From an uncultured Actinomycetota bacterium (GTDB lineage: Bacteria > Actinomycetota > Thermoleophilia > Solirubrobacterales > Solirubrobacteraceae): a stretch of 64,000 nt of DNA. The stretch is from positions 38-64,037 of the forward strand of contig CAWFRF010000032.1 of NCBI GenBank assembly GCA_963818135.1, in the 5' to 3' direction. Below the pieces are notes generated by a model. It did not search any database and was not told the origin of the DNA. It saw nothing but the letters and a program-made list of their open reading frames with translations. The translations under genes were made by a program, and so were the position numbers. Shown here piece after piece: positions 24,681 through 38,313 of this stretch (position 1 is its first letter; each line of letters opens with the position of its first letter).

Positions 24681-24740
24681 ATCCGCGCCAGCTTACGTTC
24701 GCCTCGCTGGTGTCTATTCATATGCCCCGCCCGGACCCAG

Positions 24741-24770
24741 CGGGAAGAAAATGAACTCAACCGGCGTCCT
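24741..24770 (+). promoter_or_regulatory. ECF-type promoter CGGGAAGA-N13-CGGCGTCCT (copy 2)
   Basis: Matches 23391-23420. Confidence 0.7.
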
Positions 24771-24827
24771 CCCTTTCAACCGGCCTTGATCGGCCCTGAA
24801 ATAGAACCCAAACAGGAGGGAACCACA

Positions 24828-25359
24828 GTGTTGAGATCCAGGAGCATGACGGTCGCTGCGGCAGTCGCCGCGCTTGGCGCGGGCACGGCTGCGATCGCCG
24901 CTCAGAGCGCCGGCGCCGCAACGGCGCATCCCGCGTCTGCCGCCGCCATCAAGGTCGCCAGCGTCCAGGTGCAGAGCGGTGCCAGCAACGCGTCGCACAA
25001 GGTGCTGGTGACTTCCAGCGGCCTGCCCGTCTACCTGCTCACCGGCGACAGCAAGTCGCACCCCGAGTGCAAGAGCACGCAATGCCTGAGCGCCTGGCCC
25101 GCCGTGAGGAGCAAGTCCATGAAGCCGACGCTCGGCAAGGGCGTCAAAGGCAAGGTCGCGATCTGGCACCACAACGGCATCAACCAGGTCACGCTCAACG
25201 GTCATCCGCTCTACACCTTCGCGGCCGACAGCGCCGGGTCGGCATCGGGCCAGGGCCTGAAGAGCTTCGGCGGCACCTGGTGGCTGCTGACCGCCAACGG
25301 CTCGGCGATGGCGAACAGTCAAGTCGTCCTCCGGCGGCAGTGGCGGCGGCGGCTGGTAA
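24828..25359 (+). CDS. Secreted COG4315 (Yx(FWY)xxD repeat) protein
   Basis: AGGAGG RBS; GLPVYLLTGD, C..C..WP, QVTLNGHPLYTFAAD, FGGTWW; 3' frameshift to ..GGSGGGGW*. Confidence 0.8.
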
Positions 25360-25464
25360 CTGAGCTTCGCGCTCAGCGGCAGAGCGCGTAGAGGGTCGCG
25401 GTCGGACCTCCCTTCCGGCCGCGACCCATTTACTCGCCGCACGCCGATCGAGCTCGAGCTTCAG

Positions 25465-26824
25465 CTATCCAGCTTCGGCGAGCGCCAGGGTGCCCGCAGC
25501 CGGCGCTCGAGCTCGTCTGACAGAGCGTCGATCGCGAAACCGCTCCTGAGCCAGGCTGTCGCGATCGCGCACGGTCACGGTGCGGTCCTCGAGCGACTGG
25601 TGGTCGACGGTGATCGACCACGGCGTGCCGATCTCGTCCTGGCGGCGATAGCGGCGGCCGATCGCTCCGCCCTCGTCGTACTCGACCTGGAGTCGCTCGC
25701 GCAGCGCCGCCAAGATCTCCCGCGCGAGCTCCGGCTGCCCGTCCTTCTTGACCAGCGGCAACACGGCGGCCTTAACCGGCGCGAGCAGCGGATGCAGGCG
25801 CAGCACGGTGCGCGTCTCGCCCTCGATCTCGTCCTCGTCGTAGGCGTCGCAGAGGAAGGCCAGCGTCGCGCGGTCCGCGCCGGCGGCGGGCTCGATCACA
25901 TACGGCAGGTAGCGCTCGCCGCTGGCGGTATCGACGTACTCGAGGTTCTGGCGCGAGTACTCGGCATGCTGGGTGAGGTCGAAGTCGCCGCGGTTGGCGA
26001 TGCCCTCGAGCTCCTGCCAGCCGATCGGGTACAGGTACTCGACGTCACTGGTGCCGCTCGAGTAGTGCGAGAGCTCGTCGGCATCGTGTGCCCGCAGCCG
26101 CAGGTGGTCGGGGCGGATCCCGAGGTTGATGTACCAGTCGTAGCGCGCCTGCTTCCAGAACTCGTACCACTTGTCCGCCTCGGCGGGCGGGACGAAGAAC
26201 TCCATCTCCATCTGCTCGAACTCGCGCATCCGGAACACGAAGTTGCCGGGAGTGATCTCGTTGCGGAAGCTCTTGCCGACCTGGGCGATCCCGAACGGCG
26301 GCTTCTTGCGCGCGAACTGCAGGTAGTGCTTGAAGTTCAGGAAGATGCCCTGGGCCGTCTCGGGCCGCAGGAAGACGGTCGAGCCCTCCTCCTGGACTGG
26401 CCCGACGGTCGTCTGGAACATCAGGTTGAAGTTCGCGCGCCTCGGTCAGGTCGCAGTTCGGGCCTTCGCCGGGGCGCACCGACGGCTTCTGCCCGCAATG
26501 GGCGTCCTCGAGCTTGTCGGCGCGGAAGCGCAGCTTGCAGGTGCGGCAATCGACCAGCGGGTCGGTGAAACCGGCGATGTGGCCGCTCGCCTCCCACGTC
26601 CGCGGGTGCTGGATGATCGCCGAATCCAGCGCGACCACGTCATCGCGCTCCTGCAGCAGCGAGTGCCACCAGTGGCCCTTGACGTTGTTCTTCAGCAGGA
26701 CGCCGTAATGGCCGTAGTCGTAGCTCGACCCGATCCCCCCGTAGATCTCGCTCGAGGGGAAGATGAAGCCTCGCCGCTTGCTCAGCGAGACGATCTTGTC
26801 CATCGTCACAACGTCTGTCGCCAT
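25465..26824 (-). CDS. glyQS: Glycine--tRNA ligase (alpha2 type); frameshifted
   Basis: [47 protein letters not shown]. Confidence 0.95.
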
Positions 26825-26862
26825 AGGCGGCGCATGCTAGCGGCGCCGCCCCGGCGACGCCG

Positions 26863-26889
26863 TTGGCACTCTTGCTGGGAGAGTGCCAA
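26863..26889. promoter_or_regulatory. CIRCE element (HrcA operator)
   Basis: TTGGCACTC-N9-GAGTGCCAA perfect inverted repeat; TATAGT -10 box downstream at 26911. Confidence 0.88.
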
Positions 26890-26925
26890 GAAGTCATCGC
26901 CCCGGAAAGCTATAGTTTGAAAGCG

Positions 26926-27254
26926 ATGCCGATCTACGAATACAAGTGCAAAAAGGGCCACGTGTTCGACGCGATGCAGAGCTTCAGCGACGAGGCCTTG
27001 ACTGAGTGCGAGGTCTGCGGCGCACCCGTCCAGCGCGTGTACCACCCGGTTTCCGTGCACTTCAAGGGCTCGGGCTTCTACAACACCGATTACGGCACCA
27101 AGCGCCGCGCTCGGGAGGCCAAGGAGAACAAGGAATCGTCCTCCGAGCTCCTCGGACGGCGGCGGCAGCACAAAGTCCGAGACGTCCTCGTCCTCTTCGG
27201 ACAGCAAGTCGTCACGACAGCAAGTCGTCAGACAGCAAGGCTGCAGCGGCCTGA
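26926..27254 (+). CDS. FmdB family zinc-ribbon protein (Rv0991c/Ruc-like)
   Basis: MPIYEYKC..CEVCG..FKGSGFYNTDY; Ser-rich tail with frameshift. Confidence 0.9.
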
Positions 27255-27311
27255 TCCGTTCTGACCGCGCCCGCTGGCGCGGTCAGGCCTTGAGCGCGCA
27301 GCTCGGCGGTC

Positions 27312-28643
27312 CTAGCCGTTGAGCAGCTGGTTGACCTTTGAGCGAACGTCGGCGCTGTTGGGGGTGAGGACGTCCTGACCGTTGTAGTAGCCGCCGGTCT
27401 CCTGCAGCGTGCGGGCTGGCGAGGAGCCGCCGATCTCCGCAGGCGCCGAACAGCTGCATCAGCGACAGCGGGCCCATGTCGGTCTGGATCGCCTTGGGGG
27501 CGTCCCACGAGGCCCAGGGCAGGTGGATGAACGCGTGCGCCGAGAACAGCTGGTTCTTGATGCCGTTCATGATCCCCTGCTGCATCTTCTCGCGGTTGAT
27601 GTCGGTGTAGGCGGGGTTGCAGAGGTTGTCGCGGGTACGCGCGAGCGTCACCGCCTGGATGCCGGTGAGGTGATGGGTGCCGCGCGACAGGAACAGCGAG
27701 TAGCCGCCGTCGGCCGCGCCGCCTGAGATCTTGGAGCAGATTCGCGGCGTGTTGACGGTGACGCCGCCGATGTCATCGATGAACTTCACGAAGTTGCCGA
27801 GGTCGACGACGATCATGTGGTTGATCTTGAGTCCGGTCAGGGCCTCGACCGCCTGGATCGTCGCCTTCGGGCCACCGCAGGACCAGGCGGCGTTGATCTT
27901 TGCCTCGTAGCCGCAGACGGGAATGTCGACGAGCGTGTCGCGCGGGATCGAGAGCTTGCGCGACGTGCCGCCGCCGACGCGCCAGATCATCAGCGTGTCG
28001 GTGCGGGCGTCGGCCTCGCTGTGATCCGCCGCCGAGAGGCCGCCCTCGTGCGAGCTGTAGCCGCTCGTCGGGCGGGCGTCGAGCCCGACCACAAGGATGT
28101 TGTTGGGCGTGAACAGGATCGGGCCCGGCGCTCGATAGCGCAGTCTCGGTCGCGCTGCCACCCGGCAGGTTGCCGCCAGATGCGCTGATCGAGAACAGCA
28201 CGGCTGACAGCGCGACCCAGAAGACGCAGAACATCACGAAGTACTTGAGCAGCCGCAGCGGGTGCCAGAGCGGCCGCAGCGAGGGCCCGAACCCGGGGAT
28301 CCGGCGCCAGCCGCGGCGTGGCGGCGGGCCGCCCGGACCGCCTCGAGCGACCGCCGCGGCCGCCCGCAGACGTCGCTGCCGCGCGGCGGCCGTGGCGGCT
28401 GCTTGCGCGACAGTTCGTCGGCCCGCGCTGCGAGCTCGGCGTCGGTCTCACCGCGCAGCCGCGCGCCCAGGCTGCGCGGCGTCGAGCGGTAGAGGTTGTA
28501 GGGACGCTCCGCGGGCCTGGAGCCGCCGCCCCTGCAGGCCGCGAGCCGCGCGTAGGTCGAGCCGCCGCCGCGGGTCGGCGCGCGGGCGGCTGGCGCGGTG
28601 CGCGTGGTCGCGGATCGTTGTCTTGGTCGTTGAAATCTGACAT
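27312..28643 (-). CDS. LCP (LytR-CpsA-Psr) family protein; frameshifted
   Basis: NILVVGLD, RTDTLM, LSIPRD, KINAA, ARTR; Pro/Arg-rich N-terminus and TM. Confidence 0.85.
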
Positions 28644-28690
28644 TGAGCTCTGCGGCCTGAATCCTGAGACCGGCTGCTTATAGTGGCGGG

Positions 28691-29665
28691 ATGCCTTCGC
28701 GATTGGTGATCGGCGTCGACATCGGTGGCACCAAACTAGCGGCCGGAGTGGTCGATGATCGCCTGCAGATCCATCAACGCCTACAACGTTCGATGCGAGG
28801 CCAGGACACCCCTGCTCTGCTCGACACTATTGCCAGCGCGGTTCAAGAACTGGTTAACACGGCTCCCGGGGAGATCGGTGCGGTCGGCTTCGGCATTCCC
28901 TCGCTGATCGACAGTCGCAGCGGCACCTCGGTGATCGCCGTCAACCTGCCGCTCGCGAATGTCCGCTTCGGCGCGCTGATGTCGGAGCGCCTCGATCTGC
29001 CCGTCTTCGTCGACAACGATGGCAACCTCGCGGCGCTCGCCGAGCACCGCGCCGGTGCCGGCATCGGCGTCGACCACATGGTGCTGATCGGGCTTGGGAC
29101 AGGGATCTCCGGCGGCCTGATCCTGAACGGCGAGCTCTATCGCGGCTGGATCGGCTCGGGCGCGGAGCTCGGCCACATGGTGATCGACATGAACGGGCCG
29201 CCGTGCCAGGGCAACTGCCCCAACCACGGTTGCTTTGAGTCCGTTGCCTCCGGCACCGCGCTCGCGCGCGAGGCACGCCGGATCGCGGAGGAGCAGCCGG
29301 CGACCGCGCTCGGGCGAGCGTTGCGCGACGGCCGCGAGCTCGACGGGCCGCTCGTCACTGAACTGGCCCACGACGGCGACCCCGCCGCCACCGCCGTGCT
29401 CGAGCTGATCGGGACGCGCTTGGGCGTGGCGATCGCGAACCTCGTGAACATCTTCAACCCCGAGCTGGTCGTCGTCGGGGGCGGGGTGATGGGCGCCGGT
29501 GAGATGCTGCTCGAGCCCGCGCGCGCGGAGATGCTCAGCCGGGCGCTGCCGCCGTCGCGTGACGTCGTCAAGGTGGTTGCCGCCGAGTTCGCGCATGAGG
29601 CGGGCATGGTCGGCGCTGCCGCGCTGGCGCTCGACGGGCTGGCCGCCAGGCAGGAGCAGCTCTGA
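28691..29665 (+). CDS. ROK family sugar kinase (glucokinase-like)
   Basis: GVDIGGTK, DNDGN, GTGISGG, ELGH, CQGNCPNHGCFE. Confidence 0.92.
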   Translation: MPSRLVIGVDIGGTKLAAGVVDDRLQIHQRLQRSMRGQDTPALLDTIASAVQELVNTAPGEIGAVGFGIPSLIDSRSGTSVIAVNLPLANVRFGALMSERLDLPVFVDNDGNLAALAEHRAGAGIGVDHMVLIGLGTGISGGLILNGELYRGWIGSGAELGHMVIDMNGPPCQGNCPNHGCFESVASGTALAREARRIAEEQPATALGRALRDGRELDGPLVTELAHDGDPAATAVLELIGTRLGVAIANLVNIFNPELVVVGGGVMGAGEMLLEPARAEMLSRALPPSRDVVKVVAAEFAHEAGMVGAAALALDGLAARQEQL

Positions 29666-30475
29666 TGCCGACCGGCAAGCTGATCGTCTGCCCGACGCCG
29701 ATCGGCAACCTCGAGGACATCACGCTGCGCGTCCTGGCGGCGCTGCGCGAGGCGGATCTGATCGCCTGCGAGGACACCCGCCGCACCGGCACGCTGCTCA
29801 AGAATTACGGCGTCTCCGGCAAGCTCGTCAGCTACTACGAGCAGAACGAGAAGTCCCGGGCCGCCGAGCTCGTCAAGCGCATGCACGACGGGGAGGTCGT
29901 CGCGCTGGTCTCCGATGCCGGCATGCCGCTGGTCTCAGATCCAGGCTTCGTGCTGGTGCGGGCCTGCGTCGCCGCCGGCCTCGAGGTGGAGGTCCTGCCC
30001 GGGCCGTCGGCAGCGCTGGCCGCGCTCGTGGCAAGCGCGCTGCCGGCAGATCACTGGCGCTTTGCCGGGTTCCTGCCGCGCAAGCGCGGCGAGCTCGAGG
30101 CCGCCTTCGCCAGCCCGGAGACGCTCGTCGCCTTCGAGTCGCCGCGCCGCGTCGCGGATTCGCTGGCGGTGCTGGCCGAGCTCGATCCGCAGCGGCCGGT
30201 GGCCGTCTGCCGCGAGCTGACCAAGGTGCACGAGGAGGTCGTACGCGGCAGCGCCGGCGAGCTCGCCGCCCGCTACGCCAAGGAGCCGCCGCGGGGCGAG
30301 GTGGTGCTCGTCGTCGGTCCGGCGCCCGCCCCCGAGCGGTGATGACCTCGGCCCCGCGCTCGAGGCCGTGCGCAAGCTCGTCGACTCGGGCGCCAAGCCG
30401 CGCATCGCGGCCGGCGTCGTAGCTGAGCTCACCGGCGCAAGCGCCAACACGCTCTACAAGGCCCTCACCGGCTAG
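29665..30475 (+). CDS. rsmI: 16S rRNA C1402 2'-O-methyltransferase; 3' frameshift
   Basis: TPIGNLEDIT, ACEDTR, VSDAGMP, FESPRR, RELTK. Confidence 0.93.
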
Positions 30476-30672
30476 AAAGCTTTGCTCCAGCGGTTGTAAC
30501 GAATGGCACCTGCGCGGAGTAGATAAGGGCAACAACGACGGCGAGCCACGAGCGGCTCGCCGGCTGTAATCGGCACGCCTTGTGCAGGCGCAAGCGTGCA
30601 TCCAGTTGTCCAATAACCACTTGCCCACGCGAGCGGCGCTTCGCCGTGGGCGCTGCCCAGAGGAGGGTTTCG

Positions 30673-31853
30673 TTGCCGCGTTTCCCGACACCAAGCGTTG
30701 GTCGCATCAGTCGCATCAAAGTGTTTTGGGTGGGTCTGTCCGGTCAGTCCCTGGAACTCGCCGCCCAGAACGACGAGGTCAATCTCTACGCCCGCTACGG
30801 GGCGCTGAACCTCGCCAGCGTGATCCTGGCGACGGCGATCGGATTCTTCTTCGTTTATCTCGCCTGGGCTCCGCCGACCGCTCACCACTCGGACCTTCCG
30901 AGGCTGGCGGCCGCCTGCGGTGCCGGCCTGTTGGTTGGGAGGGCGATCCTGGCGATGGACCAGTTCGTGGTCGCCTCGCAATTCCCACCGGCGGCGTCTC
31001 GGGCGTTCTGCACCGGGTCGGAAACTTCTTGGCCCGTGGCCTGGCGACGGTGGCGCTCGTGCTCGTCGGGTCATGGACGCTCACGCCGCTGCTCGCCAAC
31101 GGACTCGTGAACAGCTACCTGCAGAGCCACAGGCACCTGGTTCCGACGAGGTCCGAGCAGCTCGCGCTGAGCTCGGCGCAGACGGCCCTGAACAACGAGA
31201 AGCACACGCTTGCCGTCGATCAGCGCAACCTGACCACGGGTCAAACCGAACTGTCGGCCGAGGAGCAGGGTCACGGCCCTTCGCACATCGCCGGTTGCGG
31301 CAGAGCGTGTCGCGCGGACACGGTCGCGGTCCAGAACGCGCAGGTGCAGCTCGACCGGGACCGCACCCAGATCGCCCCGCTCGAGCTCGCGCTCTCGCGG
31401 GCGCAACAGGCCGAGGCCCAGGATCTGGCCAAGCAGCAGGCCAAGCCGATCGACGCCGACGTCTTCACCCGGCATGCAGCCCTCTCCGCAATCGAGCGAA
31501 AGAATTCGAGCGTCGCCTGGCTCGACTGGCTCGTGACGTTCCTGATCGGTGCGATCGACCTTGGACCGATCCTGATGAAGACCTTCTCACCGCAGTCCGC
31601 GACCGATGAGGCGGTGCTCGCAGCGCGCCTGCGCAAGCGCGACGAGCACGCGATCGCGGCGAGCTTCCATCACGAGGCCGCGACTGCGGGGGCGCAGGAG
31701 GCCGCGCCGGCGGCTGCGGAGTACCAGCGTGCGGCGTTCGACACGGAGGCCCGGCTCGACTCGGAGACGCGGATCAGGCATGCGAACGACAGGGCGCTCC
31801 GCGCGGCGAGACTCAGCGGCTGGGTGCCCGGAGCATCCCCCCGCGGGTCGTAG
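30673..31853 (+). CDS. DUF4407-like membrane/coiled-coil protein; frameshifted
   Basis: AGGAGG + TTG; three N-terminal TMs, coiled coil interrupted by GHGPSHIAGCGRAC, TM IDLGPILMK. Confidence 0.6.
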
Positions 31854-31879
31854 TCGCGGTCGTCGCAGGGTCTGCGTGA

Positions 31880-33441
<1,562 letters not shown>

Positions 33442-33454
33442 GGACGCGTGAGGC

Positions 33455-34214
33455 GTGGTCGACAGCCACACGCACCTGCTCGAGCTGCGAGCCACCTGAC
33501 GACGAGCTGGTCGCCGCGGCGCTCGAAGCCGGCGTGACGCGGATCGTCACGATCGGCACCGACGTCGAGAACTCGGCGCTGGCGCTCGCTGCCGCGGAGC
33601 GCTTCCCCGAGGTGTACGCCGCGGTCGGCCTGCACCCCAACGAGGCGAGCGGATTCAGCGACGCGCGATTACGCCGGGCTTCAGCACCTCGCCCGGCACC
33701 CCCGCTGCGTCGCGATCGGCGAGACCGGGCTCGACTACTACCGCGAGCACGCCCCGCACGAGGACCAGGCGCGCGCATTCCGCGCGCAGATCGAGATCGC
33801 GCGCGAGGTCGGCAAGCCGCTCGTCGATCCACACGCGCGAGGCCGACGACGACACGCTCGCGATCCTCGACGAGCACGCCAGCGGCGTGAAGGTGATCCT
33901 TCACTGCTTCTCGATGGCCGAGCGCGTGGACGAGTGCCTCGCTCACCCCGACTGGTGGTTCTCGTTCGCCGGCAACATCACCTACCCCAAGAACGAGGCA
34001 TCTGCGCGCGGCGATGCTCAAGGTCCCGGCCGGCGCGGCTGCTGGTCGAGACCGACGCGCCGTACCTCTCGCCGCAGCCGGTGCGCGGCAAGCGCAACGT
34101 GCCCGCCAACGTCGTGCATGACGGCCCAGGCGATCGCACTCGAGCGCCGCGTCAGCTACCACGACTTCAACCTGGAGGTGGAGGCGGCCGTCAGCCGCTG
34201 TCTTCGGTTGGTGA
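33455..34214 (+). CDS. tatD: TatD family hydrolase; frameshifted
   Basis: DSHTHL, GLHPNE, GETGLDY, LHCFS, ETDAPYL. Confidence 0.9.
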
Positions 34215-34984
34215 AGCTCGGGCAGAACTTCCTCGTCGACCGCAACATCCTCGACGTGATCGAGCGCCTCGCCGCGCTCTCGGACGGACGATGTCGTGCT
34301 GGAGGTCGGCGGCGGTCCGGGGGTGCTGTCGCAGCGGCTCGCGCGAGCGTGCGGCGTTCGTGCACGTGGTCGAGCTCGACCGCAGCCTCGAGAGCGAACC
34401 TGCGGGCGCTGCTCGAGCCCTACGCCGAACGTCGCGCTGCACATGGGCGACGCGCTCGATCTCGATCTCGGCAGCGCTCGAGCCGGCGCCCGACCAAGAT
34501 GGTCGCCAACCTCCCTACGGCGTCGCCGCGACCGTGATCCTGCGCACGGTCGCGGAGCTCCCGAGCATCCAGTCGTGGGTCGTGATGGTGCAGCGCGAGG
34601 TCGGTGAGCGCTTCGCCGCCAAGCCGGGCACCGATGCCTACGGCGTGCCATCGGTGCTCGCGCAGCTCGAGTGCGATGTGAAGGTGCTGCGGCCGGTGAG
34701 CCGGCAGGTCTTCCGGCCCGTGCCGAACGTGGACTCGGTGCTGCTGGGCCTCAGCCGCAGGGCGGGCCAGCGGGCCAGCCCTGCGGAGGTAAGGCTTGTC
34801 CATGACGCCTTCCGGCATCGGCGCAAGGCGCTCGCCGGGTTCGCTGCAGCTGTCGCCGGCATGCCGGGGATGCGCGAGCGCGCGCGGGAGGCGCTCGTGG
34901 AGATGGGGCTGCCGGCCGATGTGCGGGCTGAGACGGCTCGCGCCGCAGCAGTTCGCCGAGCTCGCGGGGAAGCTGTACGCATGA
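34211..34984 (+). CDS. rsmA: 16S rRNA dimethyladenosine transferase; frameshifted
   Basis: KLGQNFLVD, LEVGGGPG, VANLPY, MVQREV, FRPVPNVDS. Confidence 0.9.
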
Positions 34985-35879
34985 GGCTGCGCGCGCTGGC
35001 GCCGGCGAAGGTGAACCTGTCGCTGTTCCTCGGCGGCACGCGCGAGGACGGGCGGCACCGGCTGGTGACCGTGTTCGAGTCGCTGTCGCTGGCCGACACG
35101 CTCGAGCTCGAGGTGCTCGAGGGCGGCCGGCGGATGAGGTCGTGTGCCCGGGCGTGGAGGGCGAGAACCTTGCCGCGCGGGCGCTCGCTGCGCTTGCGCG
35201 CTCGGGGCTGGGACGGTCCGCCGGTGCGGATCACGATCGAGAAGCGGATCCCGGTCGCGGCCGGGATGGCCGGCGGCTCGGCCGACGCCGCGGCTGCGCT
35301 GCGACTGGCGATGGCGGTCGCGCCCGGGCGCGCCGAGGAGGTCGACGCAGATCGCGGTCGAGCTCGGCGCCGACGTGCCGAGCCAGCTGCTGCCCGGGGT
35401 CGCGCTCGGGACCGGCGCAGGTGAGATCGTCGAGCACTTCGAGCCGCTGGCGGAGCACGCGTTCGTGGTGCTGCCGTCGTCGGAGTTCGAGCTGTCGACG
35501 CCGGACGTGTTCCGGGAGGCCGATCGGCTGGGGCTGCAGCGCTCCGACGCGGAGCTTGACGGGCTGTACGAGGAGCTGGTCGCGGCGCTCTGGCGCCCGA
35601 TGCGGAGCTGCCTGACGCAGCTGCTGGTCAACGATCTGGAAGCCGGCTGCGGTGTCGCTCTGCCCATGGTGCGGCGACGCGCTGGAGGCGATGCGCGCGG
35701 CGGGCGCTGAGCACGCGATGGTCTCGGGCTCGGGGCCCACGGTTGTGGGGATCTGGTGGGGTCTCGGGCGCCGTCGGACGGGCGTTTGCGGCCGCGCAGG
35801 GACTGCGCGATCGAGCTACCCGCTGGCGGTCGTCGCGGAGCCGGTCACTGCTGAATACGCCGCTCCATCGTTAACCTGA
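34981..35879 (+). CDS. ispE: CDP-ME kinase; frameshifted
   Basis: APAKVNL, KRIPVAAGMAGGSADAAA, LGADVP, NDLE, VSGSGPT. Confidence 0.9.
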
Positions 35880-35899
35880 TGGCCTGAACTCACGGGTGC

Positions 35900-36122
35900 A
35901 TGAGCAACACCAACATCACATATCTCGTTGGCGGCGGCTGCGCAGCTGATCGCGCTGATCGCGTTCATCACCCTGGTGATCGCTCCGGCGCTGCAGAGCC
36001 ACCGGCGTGCCTGGGAGCGCGTGGCGGTCGTGGTCCTGTCCGGCTACGTGCTCGCTGCATTTGTCGGGATCGGTGTCGTGCTTGGTGCATGGATCGTCCT
36101 GCAGTGGCCGAACTGGTTCTGA
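35900..36122 (+). CDS. Small two-TM hypothetical protein; frameshifted
   Basis: Hydrophobic reading LIAPALQSH..WER..LSGYVLAAF. Confidence 0.6.
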
Positions 36123-36129
36123 CGAGCTC

Positions 36130-37372
36130 ATGGATCCGGTCGTGATGACTGACGGTGATGCGATGAGCTCAAGCGTCGGCGCGGGACCGAACCTGTCGGC
36201 GCTCGCGGCGATCACCGAGGCGGTTCAGGGCGGGGCCGGACTGCCGGAGGTGCTGCGCGCCGCCGGCCGGGCGCTCGACGCGAGCCTGATCCTGATCGAC
36301 CGCGGCGGCTCGATCCTCGCGGTCACGGCGCGCTCGCCTGCCGATGAGCGCTCGCTGATGCGTGACGGCGAGGACGTCGAGACGATCGACCTCAAGGTCG
36401 CCGACGCGACCGTCGGGCACCTGCGCATGCGCACCCGCGAGGGCGAGCCGGATCCGTCGATGCTGAGCCTCGTGACGACGCTGATCGCCTCCGAGGTCGA
36501 GCGCGTGCGTGCGCCCGAGCGTGCCTCCGAGGAGGCGGCGACCGCATTTCTGCGGGCCGTGCTGCGGCGGGCGATCGCGGACCGCGACGACCTGGTGGCG
36601 CGCGGCAAGGAGCTCGGGACCGATGTGTCGATCGGCGCCGCGGCGCTGGTGGTGCGGGCGCACCCGCGCAATGCCGACCGAGGACGACTGGCGCCGGCGG
36701 CTGCTGGCGGTCGCGGGGCGCGGGGCGCGGTCGATCGCGCCGGGAGCGATCGCTGCGCCGAGCGAGGAGGACGCCGGCACCGTGCTGATCGTGGTGCCGG
36801 ATGCCGATGGCGAGGTTGCTCGGCGAGTGTCGTCGGCGATCCTGCGCGAGCTCGAGTCGGGGCTGGCCGGCTTCGTGTTCGCGATCGGCCGCTCGCGGCG
36901 GGTCGAGGATCCGCGCGATCTCCAGCGCGCCGGCAACGAGGCGATGCTGTCGGCGAATGTGGTGGAGGGCGAGCCGGAGTTCGCGGAGCTGGCGTTCGAG
37001 GCGACCGGGACCTATCAGCTGCTGCTGCCGTACATGAGCGATCCGGCTGAGCTCAGGCGCTTCTACGACGAGACAGTTCGGCCTCTGGTCGCCTACGACG
37101 AGCAGTACGAGACCGACCTGCTCGGCACCCTGGCGACGTTCCTCGACTGCGACGCGAACGTCAACGCGACGGCGGCGCGGCTGATCACTCACCGCCACAC
37201 GGTGCGGTACCGCTTCGAGCGGGTGCGCGAGCTCACGGGGCTCGACGTGCAATCAACCGACGGCCGCGAGAAGCTGTCACTCGGATTGAAGGCGATGCGC
37301 GTGCTCGGCATCGCGGCGCCGCGCGGTCCCGCGACCGAGCCTGGCGCGGAAGGCGGGCGCGTGCCGCGCTGA
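36130..37372 (+). CDS. PucR/CdaR family transcriptional regulator; frameshifted
   Basis: PLVAYD..TDLLGTL..TAARLITHRHTVRYR HTH. Confidence 0.88.
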
Positions 37373-37435
37373 TGCTTGATCGGGTTCTCATGGGGGTGAG
37401 GACGTGACGTTCGTTTTGGTTGGAGAGCGGTCGTG

Positions 37436-38313
37436 ATGCGAGTCGGAGTCTTGACCGGCTCGGGCACGTACTCGCTGCCAGGGTTCGAGGCGGCTCTTGC
37501 GCTGGTGAGCACGCCGTATGGCGATGTCGAGGTTTCGGAGGGTCGCTGGGCCGGGGTGGACGTGGTGCACATCGCCCGCCACGGCTCGGGCCACGCGCGG
37601 CTCTCGAACACCGTCAACCATCGCGCGAATGTCTGGGCGCTGCGCGAGCGTGGTGTTGCGTGCGTCATCGGCCTGACCGCCTGCGGGGCCGTCGATCCTG
37701 ATTTGGAGCTCGGTTCGGTGGTGGTCTTCGACGACCTGCACTTTGCTTCGAACAGACTGCCGGATGGGAATCTGTGCACGTTCTTTGACCAGGTCGGCGA
37801 TCCCGCAGCGCGGCCACTGGGTTCTGCACGGCGGCCCGTACTCCGAGCAGCTGGTCGAGCTGCTGACGACCGCTGCGCTTGACGCCGGCCTCAGCTTCCA
37901 GGCGGGCGGGGTATACGGGCATGTGGATGGACCGCGCTTCAACACCCCGGTGGAGATCGCGCAGCTCTCGGCATGCGGGGTCTCCGCCGTGAGCCAGACC
38001 GGCGGGCCGGAGACCGTGCTGTGCGGTGAGCTCGAGCTGCCGTTCGCGCTCGTTGGCTTCATCACCGACTACGCCAATGAGGTGGTCCCGGGCGAGCCGA
38101 CGCCGGTGACGAGGTTGTTCGAGCTGGTGGCCGAGTCGTCCGGGGCGTTCGCCTCGTTGTTGCGCGAGGCGCTGCCGCGGATCGTTGCTCTGGATCCGCC
38201 TCCGGCGGCTGCCGGGACCGGTGCGTCCGGTTCGCTGGTTCGCTTCTGGCTGGGTCTGCTGACCGGTGGCTTCGGGATTCGTGGCTTCTGCGGATTCTGC
38301 GGAGGCGGAGTGA
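37436..38313 (+). CDS. MTAP-family purine nucleoside phosphorylase; frameshifted, end approximate
   Basis: GVLTGSG, TPYG, ARHG, NHRAN, GPRFNT, TDYAN. Confidence 0.85.
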
